A stretch of 36,928 bases of DNA from a virus (lineage: Duplodnaviria > Heunggongvirae > Uroviricota > Caudoviricetes). The position numbers were made by a program, and so were the translations under genes. The notes below the pieces were generated by a model. The model did not search any database and was not told where the DNA came from. It was given only the letters and a program-made list of their open reading frames with translations. The DNA lies in IMG/VR virus record IMGVR_UViG_2778261565_000018, positions 1 to 36,928 of that record. One strand, written 5' to 3'. Positions 1 to 8,995 of the stretch are shown one piece after another (position 1 is the stretch's first letter; each line of letters starts with the position of its first letter).

Positions 1-1284
1 TTACTTCTTCGCCTCTGCAACCACTTTGCTACCCACGCCGCGGTTATTGTATTCCCACATGCGGTTGTAGTTAGTGTCATTCAGATTGCGTTGTATTTCG
101 TCGCTATCGTCAACACTGCCGGTGTTACCTGCGAATGGACGATTGGAAATCACCGCATCGGCCCACGGTTTCGCCGTGTTAAAACCTTCGTTGATGGCGC
201 TATCACGGATCACCACCTGACCGTTGGTATTGGCATCAACATCCAGCGAGCGGCCCAGTTGCGCCACGCCATCACCGGAAGCATTGAAACGGCTGTTTAC
301 GGCGAGGAAACCGTAGTAAATGTTGGACAGCGTAGCCGGTGCAAACACATACGCTTCTTGCTGGGTACGGGAGTTCACCACGCGGAATTCGGTGTTATCG
401 AACACCACTGCGCCGCGACCAGAAACGATATCCACATCCCCTTCAATATAGCTGTTGGTCACCAGCGTACGCGGCTGACGATTCGTTTCCAGACGGTTCT
501 GCACACCGCTATTGGTGACAAAGAAGGTGTTCTGACGACCGAGAATGTTAACGTTGTTAATCTGTACCTGGTCACCATCAGTACGCAGTGCCACCGCCGG
601 ATGGTTACCCGCATCTACGCTATCACCCAGCGTGTTTTCGATGGTCAGGTTTTGCAGTTGCAGGCCATTGTTTTGTGACCAGAAGACCGCAGAGCAGAGA
701 ACACCGATACTGTCGCTGCGTTTGCTCTGGCAGCTATCGTACATATACCACGCTGGTTTACCTGGCATATATTTGCCGCGCGGGTTGACGTCGTGACGCC
801 AGTCGGCAGGGCTCATGCCCCCATCAAGGGAAAGCCCAATCTTCACATCAATCGGTTTTTCACCTGTACCGTACAGAGTAATTCCACCCGGAGCGGCAGG
901 GACATATACCGTTCCATGATACTCACCAGGCATCACGGCAATATACTGGCGCTTGTTGGTACGCTTGATAATTGCCGCATCTACCGCCGCCTGAATCGTG
1001 GTATGCGTTACACCTTGAGTACCCGCCGGGCCGACAACAAAGTCAGGTTGCGCAGGCAAGGTAATTGGGGAAGGATTCCACGCTGCCGCACCTGGTGTCA
1101 GGGATGCAAAATAGTGTTGAGCATCGAAATTCTGCGCTTCTTTTGCCGACAGAATCGGGCGTGAAGAGGTACCAGGCGCGGTTTGATCAGAAGGACGTTG
1201 ATCGGGCGGTGTTGAGCTACAGGCGGTCAGCGTCACGCCAAAAGCCAATGCCAGCGCCAGACGGGAAACTGAAAATGTGTTCAC
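1..1284 (-). CDS. ybhC: Host YbhC, pectinesterase-family acyl-CoA thioesterase lipoprotein (complete, 427 aa)
   Basis: Full ORF in track; N-terminal signal peptide with lipobox LTAC; recognised as the E. coli gene flanking attB-lambda. Confidence 0.8.
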   Translation of the reverse strand: MNTFSVSRLALALAFGVTLTACSSTPPDQRPSDQTAPGTSSRPILSAKEAQNFDAQHYFASLTPGAAAWNPSPITLPAQPDFVVGPAGTQGVTHTTIQAAVDAAIIKRTNKRQYIAVMPGEYHGTVYVPAAPGGITLYGTGEKPIDVKIGLSLDGGMSPADWRHDVNPRGKYMPGKPAWYMYDSCQSKRSDSIGVLCSAVFWSQNNGLQLQNLTIENTLGDSVDAGNHPAVALRTDGDQVQINNVNILGRQNTFFVTNSGVQNRLETNRQPRTLVTNSYIEGDVDIVSGRGAVVFDNTEFRVVNSRTQQEAYVFAPATLSNIYYGFLAVNSRFNASGDGVAQLGRSLDVDANTNGQVVIRDSAINEGFNTAKPWADAVISNRPFAGNTGSVDDSDEIQRNLNDTNYNRMWEYNNRGVGSKVVAEAKK

Positions 1285-1330
1285 AGGTTGCTCCGGGCTA
1301 TGAAATAGAAAAATGAATCCGTTGAAGCCT

Positions 1331-1418
1331 GCTTTTTTATACTAAGTTGGCATTATAAAAAAGCATTGCTTATCAATTTGTTGCAACGAACAGGTCACTA
1401 TCAGTCAAAATAAAATCA
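1331..1418 (+). other. attL: attL: lambda att core (1331-1345) plus P' arm with arm-type Int sites
   Basis: Exact 15-bp core GCTTTTTTATACTAA; downstream CAGGTCACTATCAGTCAAAATAAAATCATT matches lambda P' arm-type repeats; int follows. Confidence 0.9.
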
Positions 1419-2489
1419 TTATTTGATTTCAATTTTGTCCCACTCCCTGCCTCTGTCATCACGATACTGTGATGCCATGGTGTCCGACTTATGCCCGAGA
1501 AGATGTTGAGCAAACTTATCGCTTATCTGCTTCTCATAGAGTCTTGCAGACAAACTGCGCAACTCGTGAAAGGTAGGCGGATCCCCTTCGAAGGAAAGAC
1601 CTGATGCTTTTCGTGCGCGCATAAAATACCTTGATACTGTGCCGGATGAAAGCGGTTCGCGACGAGTAGATGCAATTATGGTTTCTCCGCCAAGAATCTC
1701 TTTGCATTTATCAAGTGTTTCCTTCATTGATATTCCGAGAGCATCAACATGCAATACTGTTGGGATGGCAATTTTTACGCCTGTTTTGCTTTGCTCGACA
1801 TAAAGATATCCATCTACGATATCAGACCACTTCATTTCGCATAAATCACCAACTCGTTGCCCGGTAACAACAGCCAGTTCCATTGCAAGTCTGAGCCAAC
1901 ATGGTGATGATTCTGCTGCTTGATAAATTTTCAGGTATTCGTCAGCCGTAAGTCTTGATCTCCTTACCTCTGATTTTGCTGCGCGAGTGGCAGCGACAGG
2001 GTTTGTTGTTATATGGCCTTCAGCTATTGCCTCTCGGAATGCATCGCTCAGTGTTGATCTGATTAACTTGGCTGACGCCGCCTTGCCCTCGTCTATGTAT
2101 CCATTGAGCATTGCCGCAATTTCTTTTGTGGTGATGTCTTCAAGTGGAGCATCAGGCAGACCCCTCCTTATTGCTTTAATTTTGCTCATGTAATTTATGA
2201 GTGTCTTCTGCTTGATTCCTCTGCTGGCCAGGATTTTTTCGTAGCGATCAAGCCATGAATGTAACGTAACGGAATTATCACTGTTGATTCTCGCTGTCAG
2301 AGGCTTGTGTTTGTGTCCTGAAAATAACTCAATGTTGGCCTGTATGGCTTCAGTGATTGCGATTCGCCTGTCTCTGCCTAATCCAAACTCTTTACCCGTC
2401 CTTGGGTCCCTGTAGCAGTAATATCCATTGTTTCTTATATAAAGGTTAGGGGGTAAATCCCGGCGCTCATGACTTCGCCTTCTTCCCAT
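1419..2489 (-). CDS. int: Integrase (tyrosine recombinase), lambda Int, 356 aa
   Basis: ORF track protein recognised as lambda Int; overlaps xis as in lambda. Confidence 0.97.
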   Translation of the reverse strand: MGRRRSHERRDLPPNLYIRNNGYYCYRDPRTGKEFGLGRDRRIAITEAIQANIELFSGHKHKPLTARINSDNSVTLHSWLDRYEKILASRGIKQKTLINYMSKIKAIRRGLPDAPLEDITTKEIAAMLNGYIDEGKAASAKLIRSTLSDAFREAIAEGHITTNPVAATRAAKSEVRRSRLTADEYLKIYQAAESSPCWLRLAMELAVVTGQRVGDLCEMKWSDIVDGYLYVEQSKTGVKIAIPTVLHVDALGISMKETLDKCKEILGGETIIASTRREPLSSGTVSRYFMRARKASGLSFEGDPPTFHELRSLSARLYEKQISDKFAQHLLGHKSDTMASQYRDDRGREWDKIEIK

Positions 2490-2685
2490 TTCTGATCCTC
2501 TTCAAAAGGCTACCTGTTACTGGTCGATTTAAGTCAACCTTTACCGCTGATTCGTGGAACAGATATTCTCTTCCATCCTTAACCGGAGGAGGGAATATCC
2601 TGCATTCGCGCACCCATCGACGAACTGTTTCAAGGCTTCTTGGGCGTCGCTGGCGAGCGTTCCACTCCTGAAGTGTCAAGTACAT
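2467..2685 (-). CDS. xis: Excisionase Xis, 72 aa
   Basis: 72-aa ORF MYLTLQEWNARQRRPRSLETVRRW matches lambda Xis; overlaps int start. Confidence 0.95.
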   Translation of the reverse strand: MYLTLQEWNARQRRPRSLETVRRWVRECRIFPPPVKDGREYLFHESAVKVDLNRPVTGSLLKRIRNGKKAKS

Positions 2686-2712
2686 CGCAAAGTCTCCGCA
2701 ATTACACGCAAG

Positions 2713-2732
2713 AAAAAACCGCCATCAGGCGG
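2713..2732 (-). terminator. Putative intrinsic terminator (CCGCC-tgat-GGCGG then T6 on minus strand)
   Basis: Hairpin plus T-run read on minus strand, overlapping stop of the small ORF upstream. Confidence 0.4.
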
Positions 2733-2892
2733 CTTGGTGTTCTTTCAGTTCTTCAATTCGAATATTGGTTATGTCTGCATGTGCTATCTGCGCCCATATC
2801 ATCCAGTGGTCGTAGCAGTCGTTGATGTTCTCCGCTTCGATAACTCTGTTGAATGGCTCTCCATTCCATTCTCCTGTGACTCGGAAGTGCAT
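2725..2892 (-). CDS. Small hypothetical protein (55 aa), lambda orf55-like
   Basis: Hand-translated minus-strand ORF MHFRVTGEWNGEPF...; below the ORF-track size cutoff; position between xis and ea8.5. Confidence 0.5.
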   Translation of the reverse strand: MHFRVTGEWNGEPFNRVIEAENINDCYDHWMIWAQIAHADITNIRIEELKEHQAA

Positions 2893-2980
2893 TTATCATC
2901 TCCATAAAACAAAACCCGCCGTAGCGAGTTCAGATAAAATAAATCCCCGCGAGTGCGAGGATTGTTATGTAATATTGGGT

Positions 2981-3262
2981 TTAATCATCTATATGTTTTG
3001 TACAGAGAGGGCAAGTATCGTTTCCACCGTACTCGTGATAATAATTTTGCACGGTATCAGTCATTTCTCGCACATTGCAGAATGGGGATTTGTCTTCATT
3101 AGACTTATAAACCTTCATGGAATATTTGTATGCCGACTTTATATCTATACCTTCATCTACATAAATACCTTCGTGATGTCTGCATGGAGACAAGACACCG
3201 GATCTGCACAACATTGATAACGCCCAATCTTTTTGCTCAGACTCTAACTCATTGATACTCAT
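2981..3262 (-). CDS. ea8.5: Ea8.5 b-region protein, 93 aa
   Basis: 93-aa cysteine-rich ORF at the lambda ea8.5 position and size. Confidence 0.8.
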   Translation of the reverse strand: MSINELESEQKDWALSMLCRSGVLSPCRHHEGIYVDEGIDIKSAYKYSMKVYKSNEDKSPFCNVREMTDTVQNYYHEYGGNDTCPLCTKHIDD

Positions 3263-3464
3263 TTATAAACTCCTTGCAATGTATGTCGTTTCAGCTAAAC
3301 GGTATCAGCAATGTTTATGTAAAGAAACAGTAAAATAATACTCAACCCGATGTTTGAGTACGGTCATCATCTGACACTACAGACTCTGGCATCGCTGTGA
3401 AGACGACGCGAAATTCAGCATTTTCACAAGCGTTATCTTTTACAAACCCGTATTCCTGCTCATA

Positions 3465-4016
3465 TCACTCTCCTTTGATGCGAATGCCTGTTGCAATGCT
3501 GTTTATGATGCTGTCAGTGCATGGGGTAGAAAGCTGGGCATCTCCAGCAATTCTCATGACCTCAACATCTGCATATCGAATACCGAGGTGTATCAGACCG
3601 GCTATACCTGACTTAAGCCGAGCATTTTCCATAAACAGATCCTTTGCCCGCTGTTTTTCTGCCTCAAGCTCAACGCGCAACTTCCCTACCGTTAACGCAA
3701 TCTCCTCGTTCTCCTGGTCGCGGCGTTTGATGTATTGCTGGTTTCTTTCCAGCTCATCCAGCAGCGCCAAGACGGTAGCGGGATTGGCTGCGGCGATGAA
3801 TTCAGCATTGGCCTGCTGTTCCATTTGGAAATCTTCATCGAAACCGCTTTCTGGATGCGCTCCTTCAATTCTGCAAATAGGAATATATCCAGCAACTTCA
3901 CGATGAATTAGCGCATCATCACCATCAAATCGGCTCTCTCCATATTCGAGCGACCACTCACCACACGTTGCTTTTTCTGCCTTGGCCCGCAGTGCCTGAG
4001 AGTTAATTTCGCTCAC
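3465..4016 (-). CDS. Ea22-like b-region protein, 183 aa
   Basis: N terminus MSEINSQALR and coiled-coil middle resemble lambda Ea22 from memory; correct position. Confidence 0.6.
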   Translation of the reverse strand: MSEINSQALRAKAEKATCGEWSLEYGESRFDGDDALIHREVAGYIPICRIEGAHPESGFDEDFQMEQQANAEFIAAANPATVLALLDELERNQQYIKRRDQENEEIALTVGKLRVELEAEKQRAKDLFMENARLKSGIAGLIHLGIRYADVEVMRIAGDAQLSTPCTDSIINSIATGIRIKGE

Positions 4017-4234
4017 TTCGAACCTCTCTGTTTACTGATAAGCTCCAGATCTTCCTGGCAACTTGCACAAGTCCGACAACCCTGAACGGCCAGGCGTCTT
4101 CGCTCATCTATGGGATCGCCACACTCACAACAATGAGTGGCAGATACAGCCTGGTGGTTCAGGCGGCGCATTTTTATTGCTGTGTTGCGCTGTAATTCTT
4201 CAATTTCTGATGCTGAATCAATGATGTCTGCCAT
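4013..4234 (-). CDS. TraR/DksA-family C4 zinc-finger protein (lambda Orf73-like)
   Basis: 73 aa with CxxC...CxxC motif (CCECGDPI...CRTCASC) typical of TraR/DksA-like proteins. Confidence 0.7.
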   Translation of the reverse strand: MADIIDSASEIEELQRNTAIKMRRLNHQAVSATHCCECGDPIDERRRLAVQGCRTCASCQEDLELISKQRGSK

Positions 4235-4332
4235 CTTCCATTAATCCCTGAATTGTTGGTTAATACGCTTGGGGGTAAATGCGAGCAATAAAAAAGGAGC
4301 CTGTAGCTCCCTGATAATTTTGCTTTTCATGT

Positions 4333-4548
4333 TCATCGTTCCTTAAAGACGCCGTTTAACATGCCGATTGCCAGGCTTAAATGAGTCGGTGTGAATCCCA
4401 TCAGCGTTACCGTTTCGCGGTGCTTCTTCAGTACGCTACGGCAAATGTCATCGACGTTTTTATCCGGAAACTGCTGTCTGGCTTTTTTGATTTCAGAATT
4501 AGCCTGACGGGCAATGCTGCGAAGGGCGTTTTCTTGCTGAGGTGTCAT
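4333..4548 (-). CDS. Hypothetical early protein (start ambiguous; alternative ATG at 4614)
   Basis: ORF track 4333-4614; in-frame Met at MTPQQENALR. Confidence 0.5.
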   Translation of the reverse strand: MTPQQENALRSIARQANSEIKKARQQFPDKNVDDICRSVLKKHRETVTLMGFTPTHLSLAIGMLNGVFKER

Positions 4549-4624
4549 TGAACAAGCCCCATGTCGGCAAGCATAAGCACACAGAATATGAAGCCCGCTG
4601 CCAGAAAAATGCATTCAGTGGTTG

Positions 4625-4972
4625 TCATACCTGGTCTCTCTCATCTGCTTCTGCTTTCGCCACCATCATTTCCAGCTTTTGTGAAAGGGATGCGGCTAAC
4701 GTATGAAATTCTTCGTCTGTTTCTACTGGTATTGGCACAAACCTGACTCCAATTTGAGCGAGGCTATGTGCCATCTCGATACACGTTCTTAACTCAACAG
4801 GAGATGCTTTGTGCATACAGCCCCCCCGTTTATTATTTATCTCCTCAGCCAGCCGCTGTGCTTTCAGGGGATTTCTGATAACAGAAAGGCCGGGAAATAC
4901 CCAGCCTCGCTTTGTAACGGAGTAGACGAAAGTGATCGCGCCTACCCGGATATTATCGTGAGGATGCGTCAT
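4625..4972 (-). CDS. Hypothetical early protein, about 115 aa
   Basis: ORF track; start chosen at ATGA overlap with exo stop. Confidence 0.5.
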   Translation of the reverse strand: MTHPHDNIRVGAITFVYSVTKRGWVFPGLSVIRNPLKAQRLAEEINNKRGGCMHKASPVELRTCIEMAHSLAQIGVRFVPIPVETDEEFHTLAASLSQKLEMMVAKAEADERDQV

Positions 4973-5649
4973 CGCCATTGCTCCCCAAATACAAAACCAA
5001 TTTCAGCCAGTGCCTCGTCCATTTTTTCGATGAACTCCGGCACCATCTCGTCAAAACTCGCCATGTACTTTTCATTCCGCTCAATCACGACATAATGCAG
5101 GCCTTCACGCTTCATGCGCGGGTCATAGTTGGCAAAGTACCAGGCATCTTTTCGCGTCACCCACATGCTGTACTGCACCTGGGCCATGTAAGCCGATTTT
5201 ATTGCCTCGAAACCACCGAGCCGGAATTTCATGAAATCCCGGGAGGTAAACGGGCATTTCAGTTCAAGGCCGTTGCCGTCACTGCATAAACCATCGGGAG
5301 AGCAGGCGGTGCGCATACTTTCGTCGCGATAGATGATCGGGGATTCAGTAATATTCACGCCGGAAGTGAATTCAAACAGGGTTCTGGCGTCGTTCTCGTA
5401 CTGTTTTCCCCAGGCCAGCGCCTTAGCATTAACTTCCGGAGCCACACCGGTGCAAACCTCAGCCAGCAGGGTGTGGAAGTAGGACATTTTCATGTCAGGC
5501 CACTTCTTTCCTGAGCGGGGCTTTGCTATCACGTTGTGAACTTCTGAAGCGGTGATGACGCCGAGCCGTAATTTGTGCCATGCATCATCCCCCTGTTCGA
5601 CAGCTCTCACGTCGATCCCGGTACGCTGCAGGATAATGTCCGGTATCAT
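4969..5649 (-). CDS. exo: Lambda exonuclease (Red alpha), 226 aa
   Basis: Protein recognised as lambda Exo. Confidence 0.97.
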   Translation of the reverse strand: MIPDIILQRTGIDVRAVEQGDDAWHKLRLGVITASEVHNVIAKPRSGKKWPDMKMSYFHTLLAEVCTGVAPEVNAKALAWGKQYENDARTLFEFTSGVNITESPIIYRDESMRTACSPDGLCSDGNGLELKCPFTSRDFMKFRLGGFEAIKSAYMAQVQYSMWVTRKDAWYFANYDPRMKREGLHYVVIERNEKYMASFDEMVPEFIEKMDEALAEIGFVFGEQWR

Positions 5650-6431
5650 GCTGCCACCTTCTGCTCAGTGGCTTTCTGTTTCAGGAATCCAAGAGCTTTC
5701 ACTGCTTCGGCCTGTGTCAGTTCTGACGAGGCGCGAATGTCGCGGCGAAATATCTGGGAACAGAGCGGCAATAAGTCGTCATCCCATGTTTTATCCAGGG
5801 CAATCAGCAGAGTGTTAATCTCCTGCATGGTTTCATCGTTAACCGGAGTGATGTCGCGTTCCGGCTGACGTTCTGCAGTGTATGCGGTATTTTCGACAAT
5901 GCGCTCGGCTTCATCCTTGTCATAGATACCAGCAAATCCGAAGGCGAGACGGGCACACTGAATCATGGCTTTATGCCGTAACATCCGTTTGGGATGCGAC
6001 TGCCACGGCCCCGTGATTTCTCTGCCTTCGCGGGTTTTGAATGGTTCGCGGCGGCATTCATCCATCCACTCGGTAACGCAGATCGGATGATTGCGGTCTT
6101 TGCGGTAAATCCGGCATGTGCAGGATTCATTGTCCTGCTCAAAGTCCATGCCATCAAACTGCTGGTTTTCATTGATGATACGGGACCAGCCATCAACGCC
6201 CACCACCGGAACGATGCCGTTCTGCTTGTCAGGGAAGGCGTAAATTTCTTTCGTCCACGGATTAAGGCCGTACTGGTTGGCGACGATCAGCAATGCGATG
6301 AACTGCGCATCGCTGGCATCACCTTTAAATGCCGTCTGGCGAAGAGTGGTGATCAGTTCCTGTGGGTCGACAGAATCCATGCCGACACGTTCAGCCAGCT
6401 TCCCAGCCAGCGTTGCGAGTGCTGTACTCAT
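5646..6431 (-). CDS. bet: Bet single-strand annealing protein (Red beta), 261 aa
   Basis: Protein recognised as lambda Bet; ATGA overlap with exo. Confidence 0.97.
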   Translation of the reverse strand: MSTALATLAGKLAERVGMDSVDPQELITTLRQTAFKGDASDAQFIALLIVANQYGLNPWTKEIYAFPDKQNGIVPVVGVDGWSRIINENQQFDGMDFEQDNESCTCRIYRKDRNHPICVTEWMDECRREPFKTREGREITGPWQSHPKRMLRHKAMIQCARLAFGFAGIYDKDEAERIVENTAYTAERQPERDITPVNDETMQEINTLLIALDKTWDDDLLPLCSQIFRRDIRASSELTQAEAVKALGFLKQKATEQKVAA

Positions 6432-6436
6432 CCGTT

Positions 6437-6853
6437 TTATACCTCTGAATCAATATCAACCTGATGGTGAGCAATGGTTTCAACCATGAACCGGATGTGT
6501 TCTGCCATGCGCTCCTGAAACTCAACATCGTCATCAAATGCACGGGTAATGGCTTTTTTGCTGGCCCCGCAGCGTTGTAAATGATCGATGCAGAGCGATT
6601 CAAACAAATGCTGGGGCAGGCCTTTTTCCATGTCGTCTGCCAGTTCTGCCTCTTTCTCTTCACGGGCGAGCTGCTGGTAGTGACGCGCCCAGCTCTGAGC
6701 CTCAAGACGATCCTGAATGTAATAAGCGTTCATGGCTGAACTCCTGAAATAGCTGTGAAAATATCGCCCGCGAAATGCCGGGCTGATTAGGAAAACAGGA
6801 AAGGGGGTTAGTGAATGCTTTTGCTTGATCTCAGTTTCAGTATTAATATCCAT
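6437..6853 (-). CDS. gam: Gam, RecBCD inhibitor, 138 aa
   Basis: [32 protein letters not shown] matches lambda Gam. Confidence 0.97.
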   Translation of the reverse strand: MDINTETEIKQKHSLTPFPVFLISPAFRGRYFHSYFRSSAMNAYYIQDRLEAQSWARHYQQLAREEKEAELADDMEKGLPQHLFESLCIDHLQRCGASKKAITRAFDDDVEFQERMAEHIRFMVETIAHHQVDIDSEV

Positions 6854-6951
6854 TTTTTATAAGCGTCGACGGCCTCACGAAACATCTTTTCATCGCCAAT
6901 AAAAGTGGCGATAGTGAATTTAGTCTGGATAGCCATAAGTGTTTGATCCAT
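6808..6951 (-). CDS. kil: Kil (FtsZ inhibitor), 47 aa
   Basis: [47 protein letters not shown] inside the longer track ORF; overlaps gam and cIII as in lambda. Confidence 0.85.
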   Translation of the reverse strand: MDQTLMAIQTKFTIATFIGDEKMFREAVDAYKKWILILKLRSSKSIH

Positions 6952-7084
6952 TTTTTGGGACTCCTGGCTGATTAAGTATGTCGATAAGGCGTTTCCATCC
7001 GTCACGTAATTTACGGGTGATTCGTTCAAGTAAAGATTCGGAAGGGCAGCCAGCAACAGGCCACCCTGCAATGGCATATTGCAT
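6920..7084 (-). CDS. cIII: CIII (FtsH inhibitor), 54 aa
   Basis: Hand-translated [54 protein letters not shown]; overlaps kil 5' end by 32 nt. Confidence 0.85.
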   Translation of the reverse strand: MQYAIAGWPVAGCPSESLLERITRKLRDGWKRLIDILNQPGVPKNGSNTYGYPD

Positions 7085-7156
7085 GGTGTGCTCCTTATTT
7101 ATACATAACGAAAAACGCCTCGAGTGAAGCGTTATTGGTATGCGGTAACGCAGCGC

Positions 7157-7525
7157 TCAGGCGGCTTTGATAGTCATATCATCTGAATCAAATATTCCTG
7201 ATGTATCGATATCGGTAATTCTTATTCCTTCGCTACCATCCATTGGAGGCCATCCTTCCTGACCATTTCCATCATTCCAGTCGAACTCACACACAACACC
7301 ATATGCATTTAAGTCGCTTGAAATTGCTATAAGCAGAACATGTTGCGCCAGCATGATTAATACAGCATTTAATACAGAGCCGTGTTTATTGAGTCGGTAT
7401 TCAGAGTCTGACCAGAAATTATTAATCTGGTGAAGTTTTTCCTCTGTCATTACGTCATGGTCGATTTCAATTTCTATTGATGCTTTCCAGTCGTAATCAA
7501 TGATGTATTTTTTGATGTTTGACAT
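7157..7525 (-). CDS. ea10: Ea10 protein, 122 aa
   Basis: 122-aa ORF at the lambda ea10 position; N terminus MSNIKKYIIDYDWKASIEIE. Confidence 0.8.
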   Translation of the reverse strand: MSNIKKYIIDYDWKASIEIEIDHDVMTEEKLHQINNFWSDSEYRLNKHGSVLNAVLIMLAQHVLLIAISSDLNAYGVVCEFDWNDGNGQEGWPPMDGSEGIRITDIDTSGIFDSDDMTIKAA

Positions 7526-7544
7526 CTATTCATATCCTCATAGA

Positions 7545-7571
7545 TAAAAAATCGCCCTCACATCGGAGGGC
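7545..7571 (-). terminator. Putative intrinsic terminator (tL-type) upstream of ea10
   Basis: GCCCTC-6 nt loop-GAGGGC followed on minus strand by a T-run. Confidence 0.45.
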
Positions 7572-7689
7572 AAAGAAGATTTCCAATAATCAGAACAAGT
7601 CGGCTCCTGTTTAGTTACGAGCGACATTGCTCCGTGTATTCACTCGTTGGAATGAATACACAGTGCAGTGTTTATTCTGTTGTTTATGC

Positions 7690-7715
7690 CAAAAATAAAG
7701 GCCGACTATGCGGCC
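7690..7715 (-). terminator. Putative intrinsic terminator after the membrane-protein gene
   Basis: GGCCG-loop-CGGCC followed on minus strand by TTTATTTTT. Confidence 0.45.
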
Positions 7716-7720
7716 TGAAA

Positions 7721-8170
7721 TTACTTAACCAATGATGCTGCATATTCGATAAGGTAAAGCTTTGGGGCCAGCCAAATTTTTAACCAAGTCATATTGGTTA
7801 CTACACCAATAATAAAAATCCCCCACAGAGTCAAAACTCCAACCAATGGCATGATAAGAAGATTAATATCACCTTTGCTATCCCAAACCATTGTCGGCCT
7901 GTATTTGGGATTTCCTTTCTCCCATGAATATCCTTCATCACCGATTTTACCTGTCTCAACTCTTTGGCACTGCTTCTTCATAAACCAGAAAACCAGTGGG
8001 ATTGTTAGAATGGCCATTAATGTTTTAATCAGACTGTCAACCATATTCCATAGCAGCAACTGATGAACAACATCAGGAATCTGTGCCTGGCTAAATGAAA
8101 CAGCCGCGTCTATTCCATTACTGGCTTTTTGCAGTAGTTCTACGAGAATCTTGTTTGCTTGTTCTTCCAT
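7721..8170 (-). CDS. Hypothetical membrane protein at the ral/sieB position (possible superinfection exclusion)
   Basis: 149-aa ORF with hydrophobic helices (LMAILTIPLVFWFM, LLIMPLVGVLTLWGIFIIGVV); visibly AT-rich. Confidence 0.55.
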   Translation of the reverse strand: MEEQANKILVELLQKASNGIDAAVSFSQAQIPDVVHQLLLWNMVDSLIKTLMAILTIPLVFWFMKKQCQRVETGKIGDEGYSWEKGNPKYRPTMVWDSKGDINLLIMPLVGVLTLWGIFIIGVVTNMTWLKIWLAPKLYLIEYAASLVK

Positions 8171-8309
8171 ATATCACCTTGATTGTAATAAGCATGAAAT
8201 TATTTACGGACAAAAATAAAGGCCACCATCAGGCAGCCTTGTAGTTCTGTTTACCAAGTTCTCTGGCAATCATTGTCGTCGTTCGTATTGTCCACACCAT
8301 TGATTCTTA

Positions 8310-8396
8310 TCAATAGTCGTAGTCATACGGATAGTCCTGGTATTGTTCCATCACATCCTGAGGATGCTCTTCGAACTCTTCAAATTCTTCTTCCAT
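8310..8396 (-). CDS. Possible acidic micropeptide (28 aa, MEEEFEEFEEHPQD...YDYDY)
   Basis: Hand-found ORF with GAGGTGAG Shine-Dalgarno upstream of ATG; may be spurious. Confidence 0.25.
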   Translation of the reverse strand: MEEEFEEFEEHPQDVMEQYQDYPYDYDY

Positions 8397-8454
8397 ATCT
8401 CACCTCAAATAAGTGGTTTGCTGCCTAATTTCATTTTCTGGCGACCAACACAAG

Positions 8455-8727
8455 TCATCTTGCTGTCAGTTGTTTGGATTTCCGGTAGCCTGCCGCGTAA
8501 AGAGCTACGTTCGGAAGACAAGTTGAACCTTCATATTTTCTGGTCAACGTTGTCAGTGTTATTACTTCTGCTCTCATTGCTGGTTTGCGCTTGCATTGCA
8601 AGACCACTCGTGAAGGGGTTGGCCTGTGTAGCTTGTCGGAGCTGATCGCCTCCTGACTTTGCAGATTTGCGCGACGAGCTCTACGGCGAGAAGCTGCGGT
8701 GCCTTTAAATTCTGTTTTTCTGGACAT
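8455..8727 (-). CDS. N: N-like transcription antiterminator (P22 gene 24 type), 90 aa
   Basis: Arginine-rich motif GTAASRRRARRANL; C terminus VALYAAGYRKSKQLTAR resembles P22-type N; GGAGG RBS; sits downstream of nutL. Confidence 0.75.
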   Translation of the reverse strand: MSRKTEFKGTAASRRRARRANLQSQEAISSDKLHRPTPSRVVLQCKRKPAMRAEVITLTTLTRKYEGSTCLPNVALYAAGYRKSKQLTAR

Positions 8728-8752
8728 GGATTCCTCCCGAATAAACTTTGGC

Positions 8753-8800
8753 GATGCAATCTCGAAGCTCCTCCTGAGACGGTTGCTTCGGCATTGCATC
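8753..8800 (-). promoter_or_regulatory. Extended N-leader hairpin (candidate RNase III or translational control element)
   Basis: GATGCAAT..CGAAGC-16 nt loop-GCTTCG..ATTGCATC, about 14 bp of pairing between nutL and the N RBS. Confidence 0.35.
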
Positions 8801-8825
8801 CCACAGCTTATGTGGTTGGGTGATC

Positions 8826-8871
8826 TGGCTTTTCAGCCACGTAGTCGAGAGTCGACGTTGTTTAAAGAGCC
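8826..8871 (-). promoter_or_regulatory. nutL: nutL (boxA GGCTCTTTAA; boxB UGGCU-GAAA-AGCCA)
   Basis: Minus-strand read; near-identical architecture to nutR at 11505-11550. Confidence 0.6.
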
Positions 8872-8916
8872 TGCCAGTCTGTTCCATTTGGCTTCCAGCG
8901 TCCTGCTGACGGTTAA

Positions 8917-8995
8917 ATAGTACGATATGTACTTTACAAGATCAATACAATTTGTTGTAAGTTGGCGTGGTTTTTTATAACGCTTTGTATTTAAT
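8917..8995 (-). promoter_or_regulatory. pL promoter with OL operator region
   Basis: Minus-strand TTGATC (-35), 17 bp, TACTAT (-10); motifs ATATGTACTTTAC and ACGCTTTGTA shared with OR. Confidence 0.45.

Noticed and set aside
91-678. 195-aa plus-strand ORF (and neighbours at 545-1316)
   Set aside because: Antisense within the well-supported ybhC coding region; no RBS or recognisable features.
3397-3906. 169-aa plus-strand ORF
   Set aside because: Antisense to the Ea22-like gene in a leftward-transcribed operon.
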